This document shows, one piece after another, positions 12,617-25,112 of a stretch of DNA of 64,000 bases. Position 1 is the first letter of the stretch, and each line of letters starts with the position of its first letter. Location: contig OZ024740.1 of the NCBI GenBank assembly GCA_964016885.1, positions 199,702,001 through 199,766,000 on the forward strand, given 5' to 3'. A program made the position numbers and the translations under genes. The notes below the pieces were generated by a model, which worked only from the letters and a program-made list of their open reading frames with translations, was not told where the DNA came from and made no database searches. This stretch comes from Eledone cirrhosa (taxonomy: Eukaryota).

Positions 12617-13447
12617 TCAACATCATCATCAGGTCGAGCTTGCTCGGCCTTATACGACACGTTTCCTCCATCCATCTCTGTCTCTCATAGCGTTTGCCAG
12701 TTCTTCTGCAGTGCATCCAGTATCGTCCTCAAGCTGCTTGACGTATGCCTTCTTGGGACGACCAGCGTTTCTTGCTGCATGAGATGGACTCCATACAATA
12801 CATCGCCTGCTATTTCTTCCTTGCTGCGCCAACAGTGGCCAGCAAATCTGAGTCTCTGTTTACGTATTGACTTGCTGATAGGTGTTATATTGCCATAGAG
12901 ATCCTTATTTGTTGGGTGTACCCTTCAAGACACGTTTAAAGCAGCACGGAGCATACGTGTTTATGCCCCGTCTAGATTTTTATCCAGTTTTGACGTTAGC
13001 GTCCAAGTGTTTGAGTCATAAACAAGCACAAATTCTATACGAAAACCTAGAGCTTGGTTTCACTCTCACAAAGGTAAAGTGTAGACGCCATGCAGCTCAG
13101 AAAATCACCGATGATTTATCGGTCCTCGCTGACCACCTTAAGGATGCAACATCACTACTTCTCAGCATCGAATCAGTTGCAAAGGAAATCGGACTCGATG
13201 TCAACGCTGGCAAAACAGAATATGTTTGCCTGAATCAAGACTCCTCAGTTGGTATGCGAAGTCTAAACGGCGATATAATCAAGCAAATTGACGACTTCAA
13301 ATACTTGGGTAGCTATATCGCCTCCACAGAACATGATTTTAACATCAGACTGGGAAAAGCCTGGGGAGCATTGAATGCAATGGAAAAAATATGGAAATCA
13401 AACCTGCCGGCCAAACTGAAAAGCAATATCTTCAGAGCTGCTGTGGG
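12613..13447 (-). mobile_element. RTE-clade LINE 3' fragment with 5' inversion (twin priming)
   Basis: Minus 12613-13025: LVYDSNTWTLT..TRMLRAALNVS..RLRFAGHCWRS..GRPKK.YVKQL..WRKRV plus (TGA)n tail. Plus 13030-13447: DDLSVLAD..N.GKTEY..DFKYLGSYI..FRAAV. (TA)n on both sides. Confidence 0.88.
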
Positions 13448-13483
<36 letters not shown>

Positions 13484-13740
13484 TTGCTTTTACCCTTCTA
13501 TGCTGTTCACTTGTTCCCCTCGCTTTACGCGATTTACTGGTCCCAATAACTTTTTTTAGTTATTGCTCGCACCAACCTGATGTATATGATTTTTAATGCG
13601 ATGAAATACCAATGATGGTTGGAAAATCACTGACGAAGGACTATTTTTATCATATGTAACCTATGTGCAACCACGCAGTAGTCTTCTTTCTTCTCATGTT
13701 TTTCATATATATATATATATAAATATAAATATATATATAT

Positions 13741-14652
13741 ATTGTTATACTTTGGGAGGGTCATGTTGCCAATAAGAAACACACGCACCAACGGCTCCAC
13801 TCCAATTTATTATAAATTAAAAAATAAACAAAAACATTTTTTTTTTTCAAAAAATGTATAAATTTCCGGTTGGTTGGTTGGTTCCACAACCGGACGGTTG
13901 TTCATATATTGTCAAAGTTCTTTCGTCACACATTCTGTGACCTCTTCAGTGACTGGGATTCTTTTCTTTGTTTTTTGTCTCTCCTTTGTTCTGACCTACG
14001 CCATCATGTTTTTGTGTGTGTTGTGTGCTTAGTTTGCGCATGTGTTACATCCGGGTGTCTGTGTGTGTTTTTATTTGTTCATGTATTTACATGATACTGG
14101 TTGGTTGTTTGTTCTATGTGTGTGTTTTTATTTTGTCCTTAATTGTAGGTTGTGATGTTGCAATTCCATTCATGTTTTCTATTTAATTTTGGTCGGAGTT
14201 CATTTATGTTTATTGCCTCTGTGATTTGTCTTTTCTGTGTGTAAATTTTATTTTTATTTCCATGTTCTCTAATTTGCCATTATGTTCTATTTTAGCATGT
14301 TCGTGGAGTATTGATGATTATTTTCTTTCTTGAAGCTCTCGCCAGTGTTCATTTAGCCGTTCTCCTAAACTACGAGCTGTCTAGAGGTCACAGAATGTGT
14401 GACGAAAGAACGTTGACAATATATGAACAACCGTCCGGTTGTGGAACCAACCAACCAACCAACCGGAAATTTATAATTTTTTTGAAAAAATAAAAACATT
14501 TTATTTTTTTTTATTTGTTAAATTATAATAAATTGGAGTGAAAGCCTGGTGCGTGTGTCTCTTCTTGGCAACACGACCCTCCCAAAGTATAACAATATCG
14601 GTTTCAACACACGTTTTCAGATAAAGAATCTTGTTAAACAAATTCAGAAACG
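13741..14652 (-). mobile_element. PLE 3' fragment (GIY-YIG C-terminus + 3' UTR/pLTR) with inverted pLTR
   Basis: Minus 14150-14365 reads ERLNEHWRE..SILHEHAKIEH..QITEAININELRPKLNRKHEW (frameshifted); 13741-13945 is inverted at about 14383-14597; (TA)n on both sides. Confidence 0.8.
13911..13953 (-). ncRNA. Minimal type I hammerhead motif
   Basis: GTCA-CTGAAGA-gGTCACagaatgtGTGAC-GAAA-gaac-TT-TGAC. Decayed relatives at about 527-566, 14385-14420 and 31885-31927. Confidence 0.65.
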
Positions 14653-15696
14653 ATATATATATATGCATATGCATATATACATATATATACATATATATAT
14701 ATATGTGTGTGTGTGTATGTGTGTGTGTGTGTGTGTGTGTCTGTGTGTGTGCGTGTGCGTGTGTGTGTGTGTGTGCATGGGCCCAGCACTATGTGTCAAT
14801 AATTGTAACAAGTGTTGAGTTTGTACCAGAGTTTTCAAGTCGCTGGCTGGACTAAAAAGTCACACTCGTAGGGGTTCGGTAGGGGTTCTCCTACATGGAT
14901 ATAATGTAGTGGCCGTACTCGTTAACGAGTTGGCATCCACCATATATATATATATATAATTTGATATAGAAATAGCTTCTACAGGACTAGAACTGTTTCA
15001 TTCAAAGGAAATCCAACTGTCATTGTAATATGGTAATATTTGTGTTTCTAGTGCTTGGGGGAGGTGGTGACCTTTGAGGGTGGGTAGAAGTATTTTGAAT
15101 TCCAAAGAGACGGAACCAGGACATTTTTCTCCAAGAGTACCGTATAGTCTGAAGAAGGGAATTTTACCTCCCGAAATATTAGAACGAAAGAAACAAGACA
15201 AAACGAAAAAAAAAACATTACCAAGTAACTAACTTTTCGTTACCTTCATTTTACCGTTCATTTTGTCTTGTTTAGCCTTATATCACTTTCCACTCGGCCC
15301 ACGAAATAACGAAACACAATCTTCGAAATGCATGGCAAAGGGCTCAATAGTTTGGATGAAGCAGAGCTATAACTATCGTTTACATACCAACACATAGAGA
15401 CAATGCTTAAAATCATTCGCACAGCCGAAAAAACGACCAGAAAAATCCGGGTCATACAAATAATAAATTAATAAATCAATAAATTAAATGAATGTAAAAT
15501 CTTACCCGGACCCGCTAGAAGGATGTTAAATCCTAGCTTTTTGGGTTTCTACGGTTCCTTATAAATATATATTAAAAATATATCTGACTTCTGGAAAAGA
15601 GATGAACGAGGAAACCGCTTTCTCAGCAGGCATTTCGTTAAAAAATACAGAGGCACCCGTTACTAAACGAACCTGGGGTCCAGCAAGGGAGGGAAC

Positions 15697-15769
<73 letters not shown>

Positions 15770-15797
15770 ACACAGAGAATGTCTGTCTGTCTGTTTT

Positions 15798-15870
15798 TTG
15801 TTTCAGAAGATCCCGTTAAGGGTGAATGGAGCGATTCTTTTATTAAACTTTAATCTGTTATTTTAATTAC
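15798..15870 (+). mobile_element. Solo pLTR terminus of the same PLE family as 39311-44287
   Basis: TTTCAGAAGATCCCGTTAAGGGTGAA...TTAAACTTTAATCTGTTATTTTAAT matches 44128-44195; ends at TA repeats. Confidence 0.75.
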
Positions 15871-16095
15871 TATATATATAAATAATTATATATTCGTGTA
15901 CAGATATTTTTGCATACACAATAACAAAATATATACAAAAGTATTTATTTCGCGATAAAGTATGGAATTTCTTCGCATGGAAAAAAACAATGGTAATCTA
16001 TGATAATTTTTTTTTGTAAGCACAAAATGTAGACACCATCCCGAGGCCGAGGTATTCAGTACTTCTCTGTACTGTTATATATATATATATATATA

Positions 16096-16880
16096 ACGAA
16101 GGAAATGTGGTAAGGAACCAGATGGACCATAACGCACCAAAGTACTCAATACTTAGGGTAGTAGAGTGGGTAATAGGAATAAGTATGACCGCGACGGCAG
16201 AGCTCAAGCCGTTTCGTCGGCTAATTCTGGACTAAATAAGAATTTTTAGCCTGGTCAATAAATAGCTGAACTTCTCAGGGGATTTTCCTTATATGGGAAG
16301 ATAGTAATTGTCAAAAAGATTCGTCAAAAATTTGTTGTAAAGACAGATGATTCTATCATTGCATTTGGTGGGAGGTAGGGTAGCTGAACTTGACGGTAGA
16401 ACAAAGAGGGAGTGGGGGAAACCCAGTCAAGCGTTGAAAGTGAAATCTACACAACAGATTCTAAGGATAGTGTATAGAAGGTCGAGAAAAGTGTATTGGA
16501 GAAGGGGAGGGGTGGGAGTTGAAAGAATAGGTAAATCGAAAGGGAGTAAACCAAAAAACCATTATAAAAATAAGGAAATAAAAATATATAAAAAACAATT
16601 TCTGGTTACTACTCCATCCCCACAATCACCAAATCTTTCATTGGTATTTCTAAGCTATAGAAAAGTTTAATAGGTGGAGAAAAATACTAAATACGAGATT
16701 GTAGTGAAAGAATTTTATAAAGCGTGCTTTACGGGGGGTGGGGGTATAACACCACTGCTATAGTTAGTTAGTAATCATTTATTTGACAGCTATTTATTTA
16801 CCAGGCTAAAAATTCTTATTTAGTCCAGAATTAGCCCTCGAAACGGCTTGAGCTCTGCCATCGGTGTCATACTTGTTCCT
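16096..16880 (-). mobile_element. Non-coding PLE 3' remnant with inverted pLTR and degenerate HHR
   Basis: 16172-16268 is inverted at 16787-16880. Minus 16186-16283: atccc-CTGAGAA-gttcagcta...tagccgac-GAAA-CGGC-ttgagctct-GCCG-TC-gcggt. (TA)n on both sides. Confidence 0.65.
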
Positions 16881-18199
16881 ATATATATATATACAAAATT
16901 AAATTAAGGGTTGTCATGTCTGAGAGACATGCGCCATATCCACTGCAGAATAAGCTCAAAGATTCTAATGAATAGATCCGAGCATTTCGTATCAACTAGA
17001 AATAGATTGACATATATATATATATATATATTTAAAATAAACACATGGTATAAAATAAACACATGAAACAATCACAGGGGATAATTTGTAAAGTATGTAA
17101 GCACACATAGCTAGGTAGGTAACCAATTAAAATTTAACTAGAACTTCAAATATAGATACCTTTTAAAATGATTAATCTCCTTTATATATTTCTTAAAATA
17201 AAAAAATATATTTCAACAATTAATCAGTAAATCACAGTAGTCAAATCGGATGGTCACCAAAGGAGAAGAAATAACTATCTGCGTTTACAAAGCAAATGCA
17301 AATCAGTGAATGATTCAAACCACGTGTTGCATTTTAAAAAAATACACACATCGCCCAGCGTCATCCCAGTGGCGTGAATAGGATTATCGACGGCTAGAAA
17401 TAGCAGCCGAGTCCATTCGAACTGAGTTAGCTCCACAATTAAGGGGCCGTATATCTATCCAAAATTAAATTTATTGCTGTGCCTCATCAGGCAGTAAGAA
17501 TTAAGGTAGAAGAAAAACAGGAAAACATGATGTTGTAATGGGTTCTACCCTGTTAATTCATCGATATGTCCAGCTCATGGGTGAGTTGTCCGTCCTCAAA
17601 GGAACAGGAATCAGATGAGCAAGAATAAACGAATTATTCGTATCTCATTGCTTAGCTGCATATCAACCCCCAGCAGAAAGTCTATTGAAATTCTTCAGAA
17701 ACAGGTCAGCCTGCTATTGCTCCTTTTATCAGTATGTTCAAGTCCAACTGATCTACTTTACCGTGGTGGTACTGGTAGTGGTGTTAGCATGTCAGCCAGC
17801 AGGTCAACCATGGTCGGCTGTTGTTTTAAGAGGCATAATTTATACCTGTAGATTGACAGAGTTCGGTGATTCTCCCCGCCACCATGTCTTACAGTGGGAG
17901 ATGCCAAACAAAAAAATGCGTGTGTGTTAAAATAAATAAAAAACGTGTGTGTCAAAATCCAGAAGTGTAAAGAATTACAATTCTTATTTCAGCATAAAGT
18001 ACATACGCGTATATGTCCGCCAAAGCACACCATTGCGCGTACACACATATAAACGCAGGCACTCGTGTATTCACATATTCATATCCTCACAATCACAAAC
18101 ATCGGAATGCATACATGCACGCATACACACAATTGTATATACGCCCACATGTGGATACACACACACGGACACAGAGTTAAAAGTCACCGCATAGGGTGG

Positions 18200-19330
18200 G
18201 GAGGGGAGAGAAGTAATTAGTAATAGGTGTGTCTTATTTACTTGCGATATTTAGCACTGACACTTGCGTGCGAAGGGGGTCAGGTTCGAGGCAGCATATC
18301 CTCCGGATAATCGGATCTTAAGCCGGGGTTGGGTGTTGAGGCCGTTGGTTGGAAACGTGTGGTGCCTGTATGCACACAGGGTAGGACTCCGCCGACGTAC
18401 TTTGTCTCGCTAAATTATCTAGTGTCTGCTAACTGTGCTTCTGGTTAAAGAAGTGAGAGAGAGGAGTTGACCACAGCAGTGTGAGGCACGGTTCTAGTTG
18501 CTAGGTAAGTGTGGTATTATATGTGCTAATCGAGGCGGGAAGAGAGGGGTGTAGAGACGGGTATAGCGGGTGGATTTGATGTACCCTGGGCTCGGTGTGA
18601 CGGGGCTGCTATCCATATAGCTTGAGGGAAGTTCCCATCCTAAGGGGTTGCTATCCATATAGCTTGAGGAAGGTTCCCCCTCCCCCTAGAGTGTCTACAG
18701 GTACCAAGGAAATCGGTCCTGGGGTTCATTAGGGTACTCCCACAACTTAGTATCTCGAGGGTCTCGCTCAGACAGAGGTTGCAGATGCCAGATCCCCCTC
18801 TATCAGGTGGCACTTTCCTAATCTTGGACCAGACCAGAGAGTACGGATTCCTGTCCAGCTTGAGCTTCCAGATCAGTTCGGAAAGAGTCGTACTTTTCTT
18901 CTTGTCCTCCATCTGTCTTTGGAGCTCGTAGATGTGGCTTCGATGTAAAGGTGCTCAGAATTATGGGTTGTAACTCTACATCCGTACACTAAGTTCTTCA
19001 TTAGGCATCCATTACCAAGGGGGACATAATGTGGGGATTCTGCAGTTGCAGGAAGAGGTCGACCCCTGAATGCCTATTGTGGGGTCCCAGTTGCGTAGTT
19101 TGGGGTGGTGGATCCCTGAGCTCGGTCCAGGGTCCCTGGGTCGGTTGGGATTCCTCGGGTAGATCCCGGGTCCACCATTCACCCCATCATGGCTCTGCTG
19201 GGTGTCTATAGGCTCAGCTGCTGGCTGTGCGTTGTTACTAAGTCTACTCCTATTGATGCTAACTATGTGCTGTAGTGGTCTATCCAGATTTATGGGGAAT
19301 TTGTCCAGTGACATTTTGGTAATATAATCT
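18200..19330 (-). mobile_element. GC-rich PLE 3' fragment (linker + GIY-YIG), decayed
   Basis: SCNCRIPTLCP; CLMKNLVYGCRV; STTLSELIWKLK..YSLVWS..CNLCLSETLEIL..NPRTDFLGTCRH. The 3' UTR boundary is approximate. Confidence 0.8.
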
Positions 19331-19890
19331 AGAGTGTAGGGTGAGATGAGATGAAATACTTGTGTCGTAAAGTTGATGCCAACATGATTTCGTCAATATT
19401 GATGGAATATTTCCTATATCGCATAAATGAGGTAACACTTATTGTGGCCTTGGAGGCTGTAGAGTTTGAGATTTTCTAATCTACCCCAGTATTGAAGATC
19501 TATCATTCCGTCCATCAGTTTTGTAATTGACATTTGAGGTACCTATATTTCCACAATACTTTTCCTGAGGCGTCCCCTCGGCGGGTAACAGCAGTTTTAT
19601 GTACGTTTATTATACATTAATACACCGTGTATACTTTCTTATGCCTAGTGTATTATGAATCTCCATACTAGCGCTACCGCTAAATAATTCAATCTAGTCA
19701 ACTTCACTCTATATGAACATGAACAACACTAGCAGCCCATTTATAGTAAAATGACTATGGAAATAAATCCTGAAATGTTAATGCCTGGTGTTCTAGCATG
19801 AACTCAGCGTGATTCTATGTGTATATTTCACACAAACATACTGTATATGCTTTCCTATATACGCCTACACATACACACAGACACACACAC

Positions 19891-20000
<110 letters not shown>

Positions 20001-20230
20001 ACACGGGTGTGTATGATTGTGTAAAGAAGATTATATTAATAGAATGAATTCCAAATTTTTCTGATTTACTCGTTTTATTTACAATCCTTTAAAATTGATA
20101 ATGGTATTAGAATGAAATAGTATGGTAGAATATTAAATGTTAAATGCTAATTGAACAAGTACTTTCATGCTTTCATAATCTTCAAGTCTATATTCTGTGG
20201 TGACAGTCAAGTTTGCAATTTTCATATATA

Positions 20231-20730
20231 TGTTACGACATGGTTAGTCAGTCTAGTCACTACTTCTGATCAGATCCGAGAATAGCCCTTAGAAGGACTC
20301 TTATCGCATACGGGCTGATCAGATTTGAAGATAGCCCTTAAAAGGACTGTTGTCGCATATAGCCCTTAAAAGAACTGTTGAGGATGGACAGACGAAAGCA
20401 CAAGTTGAAAAGGACGAAGCAAGGCGAGATGTAAATTCGATCAGCTATTTATTTTCACATGAAGCGACGATACGAGGTACAAGGCGTGTGTGAGTGACAA
20501 AGCGTGGCAGAGGCGATGAACATCGAAACGCGAGTTGACTCTGCCAAATGTCGACTGCTGAAGTGTTTGGAACCACTCTATTTATACAGAAATAATCGTT
20601 TGATATTTAGCCGCCATGTAGGCGTTTATTCGGGTAGGTTTTAAGGGTTCTTTTGTTTCACGTTGAGGTAGCTAGCTAACAGGTAGATGGCACTGTATAT
20701 TTCACAGATGTAATTTCCGGTGGCTGTACA
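20231..20730 (-). repeat. 3' LTR of Gypsy element 1
   Basis: Direct repeat of 25113-25584; minus-strand TATAAATA at about 20579-20586 and AATAAA at about 20447-20452. Confidence 0.93.
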
Positions 20731-21664
20731 TTAGCCCCCTGCCAGATCTTTTGTACAACAAAACAGCGAAATATCGTATAGTATTGGGCCAGTGGTGCAT
20801 TTGTCATGACAATAGCCCCAGGAGTGTCCAGCACGTTGTGAAATGTTGTGTTCATCGAGTACAGGACAGAGTCGCTGTAGAGATGATATGGCAAGATGTG
20901 TGTGTCAGGAAGAGAAAAAAAGAAATAAACTATAAAATGACTTTGACCAGATTTATGCAGGCGTGATGAATGAGCCTGTTGCAATTTGGGTTGAGCTGTC
21001 TGTGAATTGCGTGACAAAAAATCTAACTGGGCAGTGAAGATAACCGTAATGTGTGAACTGAATGGCCGTAAGCATGCTGCCTAAAAGTAACAGTTTGCTC
21101 CACAGCATATGACTTGAGCGAATGCATGTGGTAAAACAATAGCGTGGCATTCTCGAGCTATTGAGTGAATGTGTACGTGAAAAAAGAAGGCCAGTCTTTT
21201 GAGGATGCGATTTGTGAAATGCGTGGTCAAAGAGAAAACATTTTGTAGTTTAAGAGTTAGAGGGACACAAATAACTATTGCTCAGTGTATGAACCAAAAG
21301 GTGAAACAAACGTGGTTTTATAGTGTGCATGAAAAACAGAATATGTACACGCCTTCTATGTATATAAAAATTATGGCAATTACACAATCAATGTTACAGA
21401 ACAAGAAAAATATTTTTTTTTTGCAAAACAAGAGAGAAGAGAAAAAAAACGTTATACACAATGATATACACAATATTTGTTCTTAAATAGAGTTTGTAAT
21501 AAATAATGTTCATTATAAATAATGTTCTTCGTGACATGAACACATGGTCACTAAAAATTGCAATTGTTCAAGTGGAAAGTTCATTGTACTTGAAACTGGA
21601 AATAGTAAACACAAGAAAAATGGAAATGCTTTGCATGAAGACTGATTAAGAAACTCACTTGAAG

Positions 21665-24600
21665 TTAACGGCAATTCACATATTGTGCCAACTTTGCGGG
21701 CCAATGGACGCGTCGTACGCTTCTCGTGACTGGAGATGAAACAGGTGGTTCGCTGCGACAGCAATCTGTTGGAGTTTCTGGTGTAGAGACTGTAACAGTA
21801 TCCATGATTGCTTTTTTTAATCTGTCCACGCTGACAGAATTCTGTTTACCCTCTAGATCGAGAATAAAATATTTCAGATATTTTTTTAGAACACGATAAG
21901 GGCCAGAATATGGAGGTCGAAGATGAGCTGAAATAGTATCGTTTCGAACGAAAACGTGTGTCCAATCTTTAATGTTTGAAGGTACGTGTGTGGCCGTGTT
22001 CTGTTGACGGGTGCTTGCAGGAGCAAGGTGAGACATATATTGTCGAAGACGGTGTACGTATGATCCTGGGTCTGGAACATCCTGAGGAGAGATGGGAGCA
22101 ACCATCTGACCAGGTAGAACCAGGGTGGTGAGGTACACTAATTCTGCAGGTGTGTGTCCGAATTCCTCCTTAACGGTGGATCGAATGCCCAGAAGGATGA
22201 GTGGTAGGTATTTAAACCAGTGGGTCTTGTCTGGATATGCTTTCATTGCAGCTTTCAATTGGCGATGGGATCTTTCCACGAGACCATTAGCTTGCGGGTG
22301 ATAAGCTGTCGTGCGGATGTGTTTACATCTTAACAGGCGAGTCAATTCCCTGAAGAGGTGGGAGTCAAATTGGCGTCCTCTGTCCGTTGTTATCTTCGCT
22401 GGGGCGCCATAACGTGATACCCAGTGTAAAACCTAAGTTTTAGCGACTGTTTCCACTGAGGTATCATTTATGGGAAAAGCCTCAGGCCAACGAGAAGATG
22501 GATCTATGCAGGTGAGCAAGTGTGTGTAGTTATGTGATGGTGGTAGCGGTCCGACGATGTCGATATGCACATGATGAAAACGTGCATCAGGTTGCGCGAA
22601 CGTGCCGAGTGGAGTTTTGATGTGTTTGTGGACTTTGGCTTTCTGGCAGGCAATGCAGCTCCTGGACCAGTCGCGCACGTCCTTGTTAATGTTAGTCCAC
22701 ACAAAACGAGCAGAGATGAGTTTCTGTGTAGCCCGGATTCCCGGGTGAGACAAGCAGTGTAAAGCAGAAAAAACTTGTCGACGATGCATCTGTGCTACGT
22801 ACGGTCGTTCATGACCGGTAGAAAGGTCGCACCAAATTTGTCCCGGAGAATAAGGAATGGAACTTGCTGAAACTTGAGGGATGGCGAATCTCGGAGCTTG
22901 ATAAACTCTTCGTCAGTCTCTTGTTCAGCTGCGATCTGTTGAAGGTCGATGCCTGAATGCACATGTATTGCGTTCAGCTGGATTCGGGACAGGGCGTCGT
23001 CTGCTACGTTGTCTGATCCCTTGATATGCCGAAGTCAGTTGAATATTGGGAGATAAAATCCAGGTGTCGGAGTTCTCTCGGTGAATGTCGATCAGGTTTG
23101 GTACGGAACGCATAAACTAATGATTTATGGTCCGTGTAGATCACGAAATCTGATCCTTCGAGCATGTGCCGAAAATGCTTAACCGAAAGATAGGTTGCCA
23201 AGAGATCGCGGCCAAAGGTACTGCATTTCGTTTCTGCCGGTTGCAACCGCTTAGAACAGAATGATAAGGGTTTCCACACGCCGTCGACATGTTGTTGTAG
23301 ACCGCCTCCAACCCCCGTGTCTGATGCGTCCATTAGCAGCGACAGAGGATCGCCAGACCTGGGGAAAACGAGCATGGAAGCGTTTGCCAACATTTCCTTC
23401 AGGTGGTTAAAAGAAGTTAATTCTTCCTCGTTTAGAGTGATCTCTTCGTTTTTGCGAGTCCGGTTACGAAAATGGTCCGTGAGGAGTTTGGCTGCATCGG
23501 AACAATGAGGGATGAACCGCCTATAAAAATTCACCAGACCGAGGAATTCACGCAGTTTCCGAAGTGATGTAGGTGCGGGAAAACTGCGGATAGCTTCTAC
23601 TTTCTCGGGAAGTGGACGAATGCCGTCTTTATCGATGATATGCCCGAGAAAGGACAGTGAAGGAACGCCGAGAAGGCATTTGAGGGGGTTGATGATGATA
23701 CCGTTCTCAGCCAAACGTCGGAAAAGGAGATCTAAGTGCTTCTCGTGTTCATGCTCGGAAGTACTTGCTACCAGCACGTCGTCAATATACGCGTATACGA
23801 AGGGTAGATCGCGTAACACGGTATCAATAAACCGCTGAAAAGTTTGTGCAGCATTGCGCAGACCGAACGGCATTCGCAGGAATTCGAATAAACCGAACGG
23901 TGTTGTGATTGCGGTCTTCGGAATGTCTACAGGCTCCATAGGTATCGGGTTATATGCACGCACCAAATCTACCTTGGAAAAGATGCGTGCGCCTTGCAGA
24001 GGGGCAGAAAAATCGTGCAGGTGAGGTACAGGGTAATTATCGGGCACTGTAGAATTGTTAAGTGCACGATAATCCCCACATGGTCGCCAATCATTCTCGT
24101 TTTTTTTGGAACAAGGTGTAGGGGTTCAGACCAGTTGCTGGAGGAAGGGCGAATGATTCCGACGTCCAGCATGTGTTGGAACTCCTGCTTGGTGATTCTC
24201 AATCGGTCTGGAGACAGTCTCCTTGGTCGGGCAGCTGTGGGTGGTCCCTTTGTCTCGATGTGGTGCGTGACACTATACTTAATAGGATCATCCTTAAATA
24301 CCGGGCGAGTGATGTCTGGGTATTTCTGGAGAATGTCGTTGTACCGCGAAGGCTCTGACTAGCAAATTACAGGGCTCACTGTGGATTGCGTGGTAAATAT
24401 ACCTCTCACAGTGAGGTTAGTGCTGGTGTCAATAAGCCTCCGGTTCTTCATATCCACCAGAAGGTTGAAGTGGTGGAAAAAATCGGCTCCTAGGATCGGG
24501 ATCGGCAGGTCTGCCACGACGACCACCCATTGAAAACGCCGCCTCATGCCTAAATTGAGGGTCAGATACTTCTCCCCGAAAGTCAGAATTGACGATCGGT

Positions 24601-25053
24601 TCACTGCTTGCAGAAAGGACGGGGTTTGGTGTCTTTTTCCCGTGATTAGTGAAACAGGAATAACACTAACCTGGGCTCCTGTATCCACGAGGTAACGGAT
24701 GCCTGTCGCCAGGTCGTTAATAAAAAATAGACGACTTTTCTTTTCAATACCATGGGTGAACGTCGTCGCTAGGCCCTGGGTGGTATTCTGGAAAGAGAAC
24801 GGGCTTTGCACTTAGATGCCTGTGCGCCGAAATTTGTGTGATACCAGCAGAGGTCGCCAGACACACGATTTTGACAGGGACTACTGGATCTTCGACTGGT
24901 GAAAAGGCCTGGATCGACTTTGTTGCGTCGCCGGTGTGTTTGAAAGGTCAAGTTCTCTACTTGATTCGAGAGGGCTTTAATTTGACCAGCCCGCTCTCTG
25001 ATCATAGCTCGTAACTCTGAAATCTCGGCCTCTGTCGTTTGTGACATGTCCAT
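21665..25053 (-). pseudogene. Gypsy gag C-terminus + pol (protease, RT, RNase H, integrase), frameshifted
   Basis: LCWYHTNFG..ASKC; YLVDTGAQVS; [24 protein letters not shown]; DASD; LSHPG..CIAC; HIDIVGP; [13 protein letters not shown]; PYSGPY. Confidence 0.93.
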
Positions 25054-25093
25054 GTTGATATTTTCTTAGGTGCTGTCTGGTTGCGCGTTCGAC

Positions 25094-25110
25094 TCACGTT
25101 CGGGTCACCA
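25094..25110 (-). promoter_or_regulatory. Primer-binding site, tRNA-Trp-like
   Basis: Minus strand TGGTGACCCGAACGTGA 2 nt from the LTR; close to the complement of the eukaryotic tRNA-Trp 3' end (TGGTGACCCCGACGTGA). Confidence 0.8.
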
Positions 25111-25112
25111 AT

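Noticed and set aside
12620-12665. GAAACGTGTC...CTGATGA on the minus strand, resembling a permuted hammerhead
   Set aside because: It is the RTE ORF end (WRKRVV) plus its (TGA)n tail; helices I and II cannot be formed convincingly.
13630-13690. CTGACGA followed by a helix II-like AGGACTA/TAGTCTT
   Set aside because: No GAAA..UH half follows; at best a truncated relic.
17520-17955. Higher-complexity segment with overlapping short ORFs and a splice-acceptor-like site
   Set aside because: No recognisable protein motif or consistent exon frame; a host exon or lncRNA cannot be supported without transcript data.
20676-21500. Possible env or extra ORF in the Gypsy 3' region
   Set aside because: Only short ORFs on both strands, with no signal peptide, furin site or transmembrane pattern recognised.
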